Source: Acidobacteriota bacterium | GTDB lineage: Bacteria; Acidobacteriota; UBA6911; RPQK01; CBDAPI01 | Length of the DNA stretch: 64,000 nucleotides | Direction of reading: 5' to 3' | Assembly (NCBI GenBank): GCA_965248635.1 | Contig: OZ252114.1 | Location: forward strand, 3,103,309 to 3,167,308 | In this document: piece after piece, positions 1 through 8,926 of the stretch | Layout of the letters: every line of letters starts with the position of its first letter | Position numbering within the stretch: the first letter of the stretch is position 1 | Position numbers and translations under genes: made by a program | Notes under the pieces: generated by a model | What the model saw: only the letters and a program-made list of their open reading frames with translations | Database searches by the model: none | Told to the model about the DNA's origin: nothing

Positions 1-677
1 AGGGCCGGTTCGATGTCTCGTCCGGCCGAGTTCATCTTTGCATTCGCGACAACGTCGCCTTCCCCCAGTCTGTACAAATAGATGTTCGGTGGACCTGGGG
101 TACCCGTGGAATTCGAGGAATATGCGATCAATCGCCCGTCACCGCTGACGTCCGGCATTCGCTCGTCAAACACTTGCGTGTTCAGTCCGGGCAGCGGCAG
201 CAATCTCCCGCCCGCTTTGTCATAGAGTTGAACGTCCCAACGTCCCCCTGAACTGGGCCGATTCCACGAGGCGAAAGTGAGAAACTTGCCATCGCCTGAC
301 AACGAAGTGTGCACCTGAGCATTAGGCGAATCATTGATGGCCGGCAGCTCAACTACTACATCGCCTAGACGCTCGTGCCAGGGCTCGAGCAGTGAATGGA
401 CAGACCTTGCTGTCTTGTTAGCGTCGTCTGTGTCGCCGCCGCTTATTGCGAGGTAGCACATCCACACCACGCTCTCCAGACCGGTGTGTTGTGCTTTCTA
501 TACAGGAAAGATAGCCCGGCGCCCATGTCAGGAGCCGATACGGTAGCGCCGCTGGTGACCGGCCAGGTTGCGATAAACGAACGTCCACACCTTCTCTTTT
601 CGATTATTGGTCAGACATTTGCGGGGCCTCTGGGGAGCGACCGAATTGCGGTCAGAAGCGTGCAAGTCACGAACATT
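1..677 (-). CDS. PD40/TolB-like beta-propeller repeat protein, partial (3' end runs off the window; 5' end probably truncated by IS91 insertion)
   Basis: Manual minus-strand translation of 1-460 gives PD40-type repeats (…LSGDGKFLTFAS…, …PDVSGDGRLIAYSSNSTGTPGPPNIYLY…). Reading frame stays open to a stop at 687-689. The N-terminal 60 aa lack a signal peptide and are not PD40-like. This gene is absent from the ORF track because it has no stop within the window. Confidence 0.55.
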
Positions 678-2455
678 GACGCCGTTCAGGACTCGTGTGA
701 AGTCGGACTGCTCTTCAATCGGGGAGCCTTCATTCCCTCGGATTTCCCGGTTCTCTTCAACGGCGTGCGCGGGAACCTCATATCGGCGAATATTCCACGA
801 GGCGGGGTGGAACTAATCTCGCACTTTTTGAGACTTGAACGTTGTAGCAGGCGATGGGAGCATCGCCTCAAGTCTACCGCCCGCGCCGGCCCCAAAACAC
901 CCCTTTCTACCAGTGCCTGGACGGCTATTGGGAGGAGTTTAAGGAGGCCTACCCCTACTTCTATGAAGCCAACTACGGTCAGCTGCGCCCGGTCGTGGGA
1001 AAAACCGTCGATCGTTTTCTCGAGTGTGGCATCTATTGCCACGGCTTTGCCCGCATCCTCTGTCCGGACTGCTCCCAGGAGTATCTGCTGGCTTTCAGCT
1101 GCAAGACCCGCTACTTCTGTCCATCGTGTCAGGCCAAGCGGGTAGCCGCTTTTGTGGAGTGGGTCACCGGCGAGGTGCTGGAACCGGTTCCTCACTGCCA
1201 GCTGGTGTGGACCATTCCTAAGGTGCTGCGACCTGCCTTGGGACGCGATCGAAAGCTGTTGGGGGAGCTCAGCCGCTGTGCCTGGCGAAGCCTCCGCCTG
1301 TACCTGCAGCACGCCCTGGGGTCGGACACGGTGCCGGCAGCCGTTTTGGCGATTCAGACCTACGGAGACCAGCTCAACTTTCACCCCCACCTGCACAGCC
1401 TGGTGGCGGAGGGAGGTTGGGGCCGAGACGACGGCACATTTCAGTCCGTCAGCTGGCTGGACTCGGACATCCTCAGCGCTATTTTCCGCCAACAGGTGCT
1501 GGAAATGATGGTGCAAAAGCGCCGCCTCAGCACCGCCTTCGCTCACAAGATCTCCCACTGGCGGCACGGCGGCGGCTTTCAAGTCTACTGCTCCCAGACG
1601 GTACAAGCCGACGACCGACAGGCCCTCGAGCGGCTGGCTGCCTACATCCTGCGCCCCAGCTTTGCCGCCACCCGCTTGCGTTTTCAACCCAACACGGGAC
1701 AGGTTCACTACCGCACAGCCAAAGGCGTGGCCCGATCCATGGACGCCCTGGACTGGATCGCTCAGGTCATCTCTCACATTCCTGACCCCGGCGCGCAGAT
1801 GGTGCGCTATTACGGCTGGTATTCGAATGCCTCTCGCGGGAAGCGACCACTGGGGGGACAAGCTGCAGCGGCCAAGGCACCTTCAGATGGACCAGAGACC
1901 GAAGCCGATTGCTTTTCCCGAGCCCCACGTCAGAACTGGGCCAGGCTGCTGCGCAAGATCTACGAAGTCGACCCCTTCACTTGTCCTCGTTGCTCGGGGC
2001 CGATGAAAATTGTGGCGGTCATCGAGCAACCGGAAACCATCCGCCAGATCCTCCACCATCTGAAGCTTTGGGAGGTCTCCCAGCGCGCCCCACCGCCCCG
2101 ACTCTTGGCTCACAAGCTAGACCAGCTGCTGGCCTCGCTCTCTCCTGAGCAGGCCCGCCAGATCCAGCTCTCCACCGATTCCATCTTCTGGGACGACGTG
2201 CCCACCTGGCCGGATTCCTGAGATCTACGGCTTTCAGGAAGCGATGCCCTGCTTGAAGTGCGTCTTGGTTTGCCCTCATTCCGTTGCCTTGTTGCTGCCC
2301 TCGTCTCCCCCTCCACGCTTCCCTTCTTACATCCCCAAAACACCTGGAAACCCGGCGGAAACCCGGCCCTCATGGCCCCCTGTTGGCCCATCTTGACGCT
2401 CATTTCAGTACTTGCTAACCTCAGCTCGAAAAGCAAATTCCTATCTTCTCTTCCA
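500..2455 (+). mobile_element. IS91-family (HUH/Y2 rolling-circle) insertion sequence, boundaries approximate
   Basis: Carries an IS91-type transposase and is flanked on both sides by truncated host genes (PD40 fragment left, NodB fragment right). Expected size is about 1.8 kb. Ends were not resolved (IS91 elements lack terminal inverted repeats). Confidence 0.5.
854..2221 (+). CDS. IS91 family transposase (N-terminal zinc-binding domain plus HUH Y2 catalytic domain)
   Basis: Two CxxC pairs (CPDC, CPSC); HUH motif in NFHPHLHSLV; C-terminal YYGWYSNASRGKR tyrosine motif; second CxxC pair CPRC near the C-terminus. All typical of IS91/IS801 transposases. Confidence 0.8.
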   Translation: MGASPQVYRPRRPQNTPFYQCLDGYWEEFKEAYPYFYEANYGQLRPVVGKTVDRFLECGIYCHGFARILCPDCSQEYLLAFSCKTRYFCPSCQAKRVAAFVEWVTGEVLEPVPHCQLVWTIPKVLRPALGRDRKLLGELSRCAWRSLRLYLQHALGSDTVPAAVLAIQTYGDQLNFHPHLHSLVAEGGWGRDDGTFQSVSWLDSDILSAIFRQQVLEMMVQKRRLSTAFAHKISHWRHGGGFQVYCSQTVQADDRQALERLAAYILRPSFAATRLRFQPNTGQVHYRTAKGVARSMDALDWIAQVISHIPDPGAQMVRYYGWYSNASRGKRPLGGQAAAAKAPSDGPETEADCFSRAPRQNWARLLRKIYEVDPFTCPRCSGPMKIVAVIEQPETIRQILHHLKLWEVSQRAPPPRLLAHKLDQLLASLSPEQARQIQLSTDSIFWDDVPTWPDS

Positions 2456-2859
2456 TTTTCCTGGCAGTGCCGTGTAAAGTCGGCGATCTGGCGACGGACT
2501 TCCTGTGGCGGAATCTTCACCAGGTTGGGGTGACTAATCGTGTGATTGGCGACTTCGAAACCAAGTTTGTCCAGTTCGCGCACGTCTTCCCATGTCAGGC
2601 GCCCCTCGCCTCCAAACCCTAACGCTTCGGTCACAAAGAACGTTGCTCCGAATCCCAGCCGCGTGAGCGCGTGAGCGACATACGTAAGGTCCGATTTGTT
2701 GCCATCGTCAAACGTCAGGACTATAAGTTTGTCCGGAATCGCTTCCCGTCCTCTCTCCTCCCCGCGCAGCGCCGAGGCACCGAGTAGGAAGAGCAGCATG
2801 GACAGAAAGACGATCCCGGCAAGCGGACTGGAAAGCGAATCATCGAAGCGGTTATTCAT
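2456..2859 (-). pseudogene. polysaccharide deacetylase (NodB domain) gene fragment, 3'-truncated
   Basis: Signal peptide followed by NodB motif 1 (TFDDG) and motif 2 (HTISHP). Motifs 3-5 are missing. The ORF continues as non-homologous read-through into the IS91 3' end (track ORF 2110..2859). Confidence 0.6.
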
Positions 2860-2940
2860 GGGGATGAGACGGTTTTTGAGGCGAAGCCTAATTGGACAGC
2901 GCCACTAAGGGTCGGCGCGGAATTAACTTTACATTTTGGA

Positions 2941-3915
2941 CTAAGCAGCTTGCTGGGTTTCAGGGGTCGGCGGGTCGGCTTGAACGGTGGTTAGAATCGC
3001 CTCCGAGTGCGGTTGTGCACGGCTTTGGGGTCTGGGTGAGAAAGTGTAGTTCCATTTTCCGAGGAAGTTGCTTCTAGCGAAGGAAAGCTGCTCCAGTTGC
3101 TGGTCTGAAACCTTGATTCCTTTCTGGTAAACTCGCCGGTCGCGGTAGGCCTCCACGCGTAGCCCGGTCAGGGTGCGTGTTTTGCGGGCGAAGTCGACGA
3201 GGGTCTGAAAACTTTTGAGCGGCTCTCCGGCCCAGTTCTTGGTGATTTCGCTGAAGAGTCGGTGTTCGATGGGGTTCCACTTGCTGGCGCCCGGGGGATA
3301 GTGGGCCACGGTAATGGTGAGTCCATAGGGGTCGGCGAGCCTCTCCTGGAGAAGCTTCTTCCAGGCGCGAGGGGCGGCTCCGTTGCTTCCGCCACAGTCG
3401 GCGAGAACCAGCAGGCGTTGGGACCGGCGGTAGTGGTCTTGACCGTGCTGACGCCACCAGGTGAGGATGCTGTTGACGGCAAAGGCTGGCGTATCGGCGG
3501 ACTGCCCCACCACCAGCACGCCAAAGTTGCGGCCCACATCGTAGATCCCATAGGGGCAGGCCAAGCCCACAGCCTGGGAACGAAAGTCATGGTCTTGGAC
3601 CTGCGGGGCGTCGCGACACCAGATCTTACCGGGGTTCTTGAACAGACCGATGAGCTCTTTTTTCTTACTATCGACGCAGATGACCGGGTCGCCGCTCTGG
3701 GCGAACTGCTGGCGCAATCGTTTGATGATCGCGAACTGGGCGTCCCGATAAGGGGAGTTTCCCGCCGACAGGCATTTTCGGTTACTCTTTAACGAATAGC
3801 CCAGCTTTTTGAGCAAGCGACGCACAGCCGTGGCCGAGATCTTCAGCTGCAGACTTTCGGCCAGGCAGCGGGCGATCTTTTCGGCCGTTTGATGAGTCCA
3901 TCTCCTGGCCGACAT
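2941..3915 (-). CDS. ISAzo13-family transposase, C-terminal DDE part (Rhodopirellula-type DDE transposase domain)
   Basis: …HYPPGASKWNPIEHRLFS… and DDE-type core. It is in the -1 frame relative to the upstream ORF. Confidence 0.75.
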   Translation of the reverse strand: MSARRWTHQTAEKIARCLAESLQLKISATAVRRLLKKLGYSLKSNRKCLSAGNSPYRDAQFAIIKRLRQQFAQSGDPVICVDSKKKELIGLFKNPGKIWCRDAPQVQDHDFRSQAVGLACPYGIYDVGRNFGVLVVGQSADTPAFAVNSILTWWRQHGQDHYRRSQRLLVLADCGGSNGAAPRAWKKLLQERLADPYGLTITVAHYPPGASKWNPIEHRLFSEITKNWAGEPLKSFQTLVDFARKTRTLTGLRVEAYRDRRVYQKGIKVSDQQLEQLSFARSNFLGKWNYTFSPRPQSRAQPHSEAILTTVQADPPTPETQQAA

Positions 3916-3962
3916 CGGGTCACCAGCGGTATCCGGCTCCAGCAGGCAACGGATCTGCTCGA

Positions 3963-4724
3963 TTACCTGCGGCGTTTTTTTTCGATGCGTTTTCGACCCC
4001 CGCCCGCCTTGCGCACCCGGCCCCGCCTCACCGAACCGGTCAACAGTTGCCGACGCCCCTTGGCCACGGTCTGGGGGACCAGATCCAGAAGCTCGGCCAT
4101 CTTCCGGTCACCTCCGTGGCCCAGTTTGGCCGCCTCCAGGCCGGCGTAGAGCCGTCTTTGCTTCTCATCCAGCAGACTGAAAAACAGGATGATGGCCGCC
4201 CTGAGTTCGTCCGGCAGAAACTCGCTCTCCAGGGTGGCACCCACCTGCCGGCGATCCTCGCCCTCTTGGCGCATCAACTCCTGACGCCTCCGCTCACCAG
4301 CCTCCTCGCTGAGGTAGACGAAGTTTCCCCCCAAGCGAGTGCGCCCAATCCTGCCTCGGCGCACCTGTCGCAGCAAGGCATGCTTGACCTCCACCTGCAG
4401 CACCGACTCCAACTCCGAGGCGGTGTAGCCCGCTTCGGATCGCTGCACCAACACGGCTGCCGTCTCCTGCAGATTCCCGAATCGGCTGAAGCGGGCCGAG
4501 CGCCAGCTCCACAAACCCCGACCATCGAAGTCAGCAATCTCCGCCAAGGTGTAGAACCGGCCCCGGTGTGAATAGCTGCTCAGATAGCCCAGTCGTGACA
4601 GACCACGGAACACCGTCATGGTGGCTGTGGTCTCAAGAGCTGCCTTGAGCTCCTCAATCGTGGCTATCCTATTGTCAGTTAACAGGTTGTGCAGTTTCGT
4701 ATCGCGTTCTCGTGACCTTTTCAT
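3963..4724 (-). CDS. ISAzo13-family transposase, N-terminal (HTH) part; ends at a stop immediately after an A8 tract
   Basis: Basic/HTH-like N-terminal region ending …GGGRKRIEKKRRR*. The downstream frame continues the same protein. Confidence 0.7.
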   Translation of the reverse strand: MKRSRERDTKLHNLLTDNRIATIEELKAALETTATMTVFRGLSRLGYLSSYSHRGRFYTLAEIADFDGRGLWSWRSARFSRFGNLQETAAVLVQRSEAGYTASELESVLQVEVKHALLRQVRRGRIGRTRLGGNFVYLSEEAGERRRQELMRQEGEDRRQVGATLESEFLPDELRAAIILFFSLLDEKQRRLYAGLEAAKLGHGGDRKMAELLDLVPQTVAKGRRQLLTGSVRRGRVRKAGGGRKRIEKKRRR

Positions 4725-4961
4725 TTGGTATAGTTTCCCCTCTACGTATCACACAAGGGGTAATTATACCAACTATTCCCACTCCTTACAACCGTCGTAA
4801 CTGCTTAACTTAACGAAGTTTAATGAGAAATGAGCGGAAACATCGGGAAGCTACGGGTGGTATTGATGCCCTGAGTACTGTGATTTTGTTTTTGCGCCAG
4901 CCCTAAGGTCGCGATCTACATCAGCCGCAGGGCGGCTGATACATATTACGAAAATCGCAGG

Positions 4962-6140
4962 TTACTCCATAATGCGCCGTCCAACTACTGCGCTGCGTCC
5001 AAAATTAACCTGATAGGAATCAAGGTCGCGCGACACTGCGCTTTCGAACTCTCGTAAATAACTGTGCGGCGATCCTGCCCAGTAATGAACGATGAGCAGG
5101 TCTTCACCCATCACCACAGCGCTGGGATAACCGAAATCGCCACTGACAGGAGTCGTCAATCGAAGCTGGTTCGAAGTGTCCCAGGTCTTGCCGCTATCCC
5201 GTGAAAGGATTCCTTGGATGTCTCTCTCCTTATCTCTTCGATTGCCGAAAATCAGGAGGATCGTGTCATGACCCAGATCGATAAGGTCAGCAGGATGCTG
5301 CCTTTTATCAGTCGCTTTCGCCACATGCCGCCAACTGCGGCCCTGATCGACGCTGCTGTAAATATCCAAGTGCGCACCATGGTGGGCATCGCGCGCGGCG
5401 GCAAGCAGCGTGCCACTGTCGAGTGCGAGCAAGCTCGTTTCGTTGTGGCCCGCGGCGATCAACGAAACGTCTCCCCAGCTGACCCCTTCATTCGTGGATC
5501 GGGCCAGGTAAGCATAATCCTCAACGTCATCCGTAGGGTTCGTGATCCCTGGGACGTCGGGGGCATGTGCGCCGTAGACGTTTTGGATATAGCTACCGTC
5601 GGACAGACGAATGATGCGACCGTAGGGTGAAGTCGTTTCCACGGTACCCAACTTCAGGTTCTGGAATTCAGACCAAGTCCGACCCTCATCATCGGAATAG
5701 ACCTGTATGTCTCTCGCCAAATCGAAGGAGGGTTCGTAAATTCCGTCCCCGGTGTAGCTGGACTGATGGTGAAACCCAAGCAGAAATCTCCCCTCAGGCG
5801 TGATGCCAAACGCCGGGTTGCGGTCATCGGCTGATGTATCAACTGCCGTCCGCTTCCCATACCACAAAAGCCCATCATTGGAGAAGAACAGGTCCAGTCG
5901 CCCTCCGATTCCCAGATGTCCGCCTCCTCCCCGCAGGACCACAACGGCTCGACCATCGGGAGCGAGATCGATCACTGGGAAATGCCCCTGCCCCTCAGCC
6001 ACCATCGAGGATCGAACCTCAGGGTGCGCGCCCAAATCGATTGGTGCGGCGACCTGAGATATCAGAGAAAGCAGGACGGATTGCAACAACATTGCGCGGT
6101 TCCTCAAACGGGGTTTCATGAATGGAATTGTGGAATTCAA
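4962..6140 (-). CDS. BNR/Asp-box repeat glycosyl hydrolase (sialidase-like), secreted
   Basis: Signal peptide (MKPRLRNRAMLLQSVLLSLISQVAAP). Four SxDxGxTW Asp-box motifs (SDDEGRTW, STNEGVSW, SVDQGRSW, SRDSGKTW). Confidence 0.7.
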   Translation of the reverse strand: MNSTIPFMKPRLRNRAMLLQSVLLSLISQVAAPIDLGAHPEVRSSMVAEGQGHFPVIDLAPDGRAVVVLRGGGGHLGIGGRLDLFFSNDGLLWYGKRTAVDTSADDRNPAFGITPEGRFLLGFHHQSSYTGDGIYEPSFDLARDIQVYSDDEGRTWSEFQNLKLGTVETTSPYGRIIRLSDGSYIQNVYGAHAPDVPGITNPTDDVEDYAYLARSTNEGVSWGDVSLIAAGHNETSLLALDSGTLLAAARDAHHGAHLDIYSSVDQGRSWRHVAKATDKRQHPADLIDLGHDTILLIFGNRRDKERDIQGILSRDSGKTWDTSNQLRLTTPVSGDFGYPSAVVMGEDLLIVHYWAGSPHSYLREFESAVSRDLDSYQVNFGRSAVVGRRIME

Positions 6141-6197
6141 CCTTAAGGGTAATGGGTCGGCAGGTCAAACCAGTCGAGTGAATCTCAGTTGGACGGT

Positions 6198-6840
6198 CTA
6201 CTCACCCCGGCCGTCGCTGGACGCCACGTTCGACCACACGAAAGTTCGCCCTTCCGCGAACCGTTTCAAGTCGAAGCGTTCGATATGTTGAGGGACTTCA
6301 TTTTCGACAATGAATTCTGCCATGGATCGACCAACCCAGGGTGATAGCGAAAAACCCCCTCCACTGAACCCGAGCGCGTAGAAAAGGCCGTCGAGCGTAG
6401 CCGCTCGATCCAGAATCGGAACTCCGTCGGGGGTATAGTCGTAGACGCAGGCGTAGGTCCGGTGAACAAAACCACTGGCCATCGGTGGCAGCGTGATCGC
6501 CAAACGGCGATGCATGTCCGCGAGGGACTCGTAATGGGCGGTCTGCTTGTAATGATCGGGGTCCTCCGCGACAAAGTCCTTCACGCCGTGCAGACGATCA
6601 CCTTCCCGCCAACCGACGAACATCTGTGCATCCCCTTCCGGTCGAAGGTAAAGCAACGACCGCGCGTCGGTCACGATTCGCGACAGGTGAAATTCGGCTA
6701 CAGATGGGGTCTGAAAAAATGCCATTTCTGCCCGATGGGGATGGACCGGCACGTCGACGCCAAGCTGTGCGAGTTGCGTTGTGCCCCACACCGAAGTTGC
6801 TACCAGAACCTGCGGCGCGTCGAATCGCCTGTCCTTTGCG
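6198..6840 (-). pseudogene. FAD-dependent oxidoreductase (DAO/glycine-oxidase-like), C-terminal fragment only
   Basis: Homology covers only the C-terminal substrate-binding/FAD-closing half (…VLVATSVWGTTQLAQLG…GFSGGGFSLSPWVG…). The N-terminal GxGxxG FAD-binding region is absent. Upstream is low-complexity DNA with a near-direct repeat ccccggaaaaaaatcag / cccccggaaaaaatcaa. Confidence 0.55.
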
Positions 6841-7058
6841 AAAAAATCCTCCCCGGAAAAAAATCAGCCCCCGGAAAAAATCAAAACAGGGGATTGCTTT
6901 TCATATATACGGCGCCGGCCGGTTTCTTTTTTTCTTTTTGGGTGCGTATAGGGTGTGGAAAGTGCGCTTAAACGACCTTCCTGACCGCACCTGACACCCC
7001 TGCAAACCCGCAAAGTACCGTCAATAATGGGTTCTGTGTCTAACAAACGAAGAACCAG

Positions 7059-7364
7059 TCACCCTTGCCAGCCATAGCGCCTCAGGTCCACCCGCCCCTT
7101 TTCATTGAACTCGACACCCTCGTTCTCGAGCAGGACCTGCTGAAGCTCGGCGGATGGCGAAGGAAGGCTGATGCGACCCTGAGCATTGAGAACTCGGTGC
7201 CATGGAACCTCAGTTCCCCGCTGCAGCGCGCGCATGGCCCAGCCCACCGCTCTGGCGCCACCCGGCCGGCCGGCCCGAGCGGCCACGGTTCCGTAGGTGG
7301 TCACCTTCCCCGGTGGGACCGCCCGCACAATGCGGTACACCTGTTGAAAATATCCCGCCTTCAT
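7059..7364 (-). CDS. alkyltransferase-like protein (ATL): MGMT DNA-binding domain with Trp replacing the acceptor Cys
   Basis: About 100 aa. Contains VPWHRVLNAQG, where canonical O6-methylguanine-DNA methyltransferase has PCHRV. This matches the YbaZ/Atl1 class. Confidence 0.75.
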   Translation of the reverse strand: MKAGYFQQVYRIVRAVPPGKVTTYGTVAARAGRPGGARAVGWAMRALQRGTEVPWHRVLNAQGRISLPSPSAELQQVLLENEGVEFNEKGRVDLRRYGWQG

Positions 7365-7498
7365 AATCTGTCACAGTAACAGACGGTCCCTTTCGTCGGC
7401 CCCCTCTTGGAAATCTCCTGTCATCTCGCACCGCTCGGCGGATCAGATTGGCGTGCCCTACAGCGAACGAGAAACGCGGGAGGGAGGAGGCACGGTAT

Positions 7499-8641
7499 TT
7501 ATTTCAACGACTCATAGATGGATGTCACCGCTCTGGCATTCTCTTCCCAGCTGAACTGAGCCGCTCTCTCCGGCCCGGCGGCCCGCATTTGCCCGAGGCG
7601 TTCCGGATTCTCGAGCAGTTCCAGGACCCGCGCGACCAGATCTTCCAATCTTTCCGGATCAAAGTATTCGACCACTGACCCTCCCACTTCGGGGATGGAA
7701 GAACGGTCAGAGGCCAGGACGGGGGCCCCACAGGCCAGGGCTTCGAGTACAGGTAAACCGAATCCTTCGTAGAGCGAAGGAAAGACAAACAAATCACTGG
7801 CGCTGTAGAAGGCGGGCAAGTCGTTATCCTCGACATAGCCCGGACACAGGACCCAATTCTCGAGATCCAACTCCTGAATTTTGCGCGTGAGTTCCTGAAC
7901 TTCAGGAATCTCTGTCCGGAAAGTCTCCCCGGCCAGAACCAGTGAGCCGGCATACCCCTGCTCTCGAACCTGAGCGAATCCCGTGATCAGAAAATCGAGG
8001 TTCTTCCGAAAGTCGCTCCCGCCCACGTAGAAGAGAAAGGAACCCTCGATCTCATGCTTGCTCTTCAGTCTCTCCCGGGCCGTGTCGGGCTCCACAGGTC
8101 GAAACAACGCGTTGCAGCCCGGGTACACGACCTCGACCTTTTCCTCTCCTATCCCCAGGTGAGAACAGATATCCTGTCGGGCCGATTCCGAAATAGTGAT
8201 GATCCGGTCGGCAATTCCGGTCCGGTTATAGGCGTGTTTCAGGCCGATCCGATAGTCGACCGGTATGCGGGTCTTCATCTGGGCCCAGTAAACCAAAGGG
8301 ATCACGTCATGCACAGTGACAACCAGGGGGCACGAGCAACGTTTCGGAAGCGCTGTTACTTCGGTCGCATGATAGAGGTCGAGACCATCCGAATGGATCC
8401 AGTTGTGTAAGCGAAAACGGTCCAGCAGCCAGTTCAGACGGCTGGGTCTCCGGACCTGCGGCAACTCTCTCCAGGTCACCTTTCTGGCTAGAGTTGGGCG
8501 CTCACTGCCGATCGTATAGAGCACGAAATCATGGTCGCTCGTCTGCAGGACATGCTCAATCTGACGGGCCGTGAATTTGCCTATGCCGCGGCGCCTCGAG
8601 TTAGGGCGCAGGACCGGGCGGTAGTCAATTCCGATACGCAT
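7499..8641 (-). CDS. glycosyltransferase family 4 (GT-B, RfaG-like)
   Basis: EGFGLPVLEALACGAPVLASD motif. Start refined to MRIGIDYR. Confidence 0.8.
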   Translation of the reverse strand: MRIGIDYRPVLRPNSRRRGIGKFTARQIEHVLQTSDHDFVLYTIGSERPTLARKVTWRELPQVRRPSRLNWLLDRFRLHNWIHSDGLDLYHATEVTALPKRCSCPLVVTVHDVIPLVYWAQMKTRIPVDYRIGLKHAYNRTGIADRIITISESARQDICSHLGIGEEKVEVVYPGCNALFRPVEPDTARERLKSKHEIEGSFLFYVGGSDFRKNLDFLITGFAQVREQGYAGSLVLAGETFRTEIPEVQELTRKIQELDLENWVLCPGYVEDNDLPAFYSASDLFVFPSLYEGFGLPVLEALACGAPVLASDRSSIPEVGGSVVEYFDPERLEDLVARVLELLENPERLGQMRAAGPERAAQFSWEENARAVTSIYESLK

Positions 8642-8926
8642 GATTTCTTTCGCTCTGACTCTACCCCGAGGAACGGCCCACATTCCAGGGGCAGTGTACT
8701 AGCAGTCCGTGGTGAAAATCCCACGCCAACCCACGTCCACGGCCGCGCGCGACTTTCACCGCCGGCTGCTGGGGTTCAAGTGGGATGAACCCTGGACAAA
8801 GTCACCCCGTCAATGTCAAAGAAGTACAGGTGCGTGTAGGAGGGAGCTGGGAAGGGATGCGGCAAGCAATCCACCCTGCTCTGTTACTCTGGAACAAATT
8901 TTCGACCCAACACGGAAAGGTTTGAC

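Larger units (their letters stand above)
2916..4826 (-). mobile_element. ISAzo13-family insertion sequence (approximate, imperfect terminal inverted repeats ending …TAAGCAG inward)
   Basis: Contains a split ISAzo13-type transposase. Inward-reading ends GGAATTAACTTTACATTTTGGACTAAGCAG (about 2916-2945) and the reverse complement of about 4801-4826 (…CATTAAACTTCGTTAAGTTAAGCAG) share partial identity. Low-GC termini. Confidence 0.4.

Noticed and set aside
686-1861. Long minus-strand ORF (391 aa) antisense to the IS91 transposase, and many similar antisense ORFs (for example 5214..5630, 35918..36625, 36956..38179, 58203..59228, 26123..26983).
   Set aside because: High GC suppresses stop codons on the antisense strand. 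Their translations are low-complexity Arg/Pro/Gly/Ala-rich with no motifs, and they overlap genes with clear homology.
2110-2455. C-terminal 115 aa of track ORF 2110..2859.
   Set aside because: Deacetylase homology ends near 2455. The remainder is read-through into the IS91 3' end and overlaps the transposase stop region.
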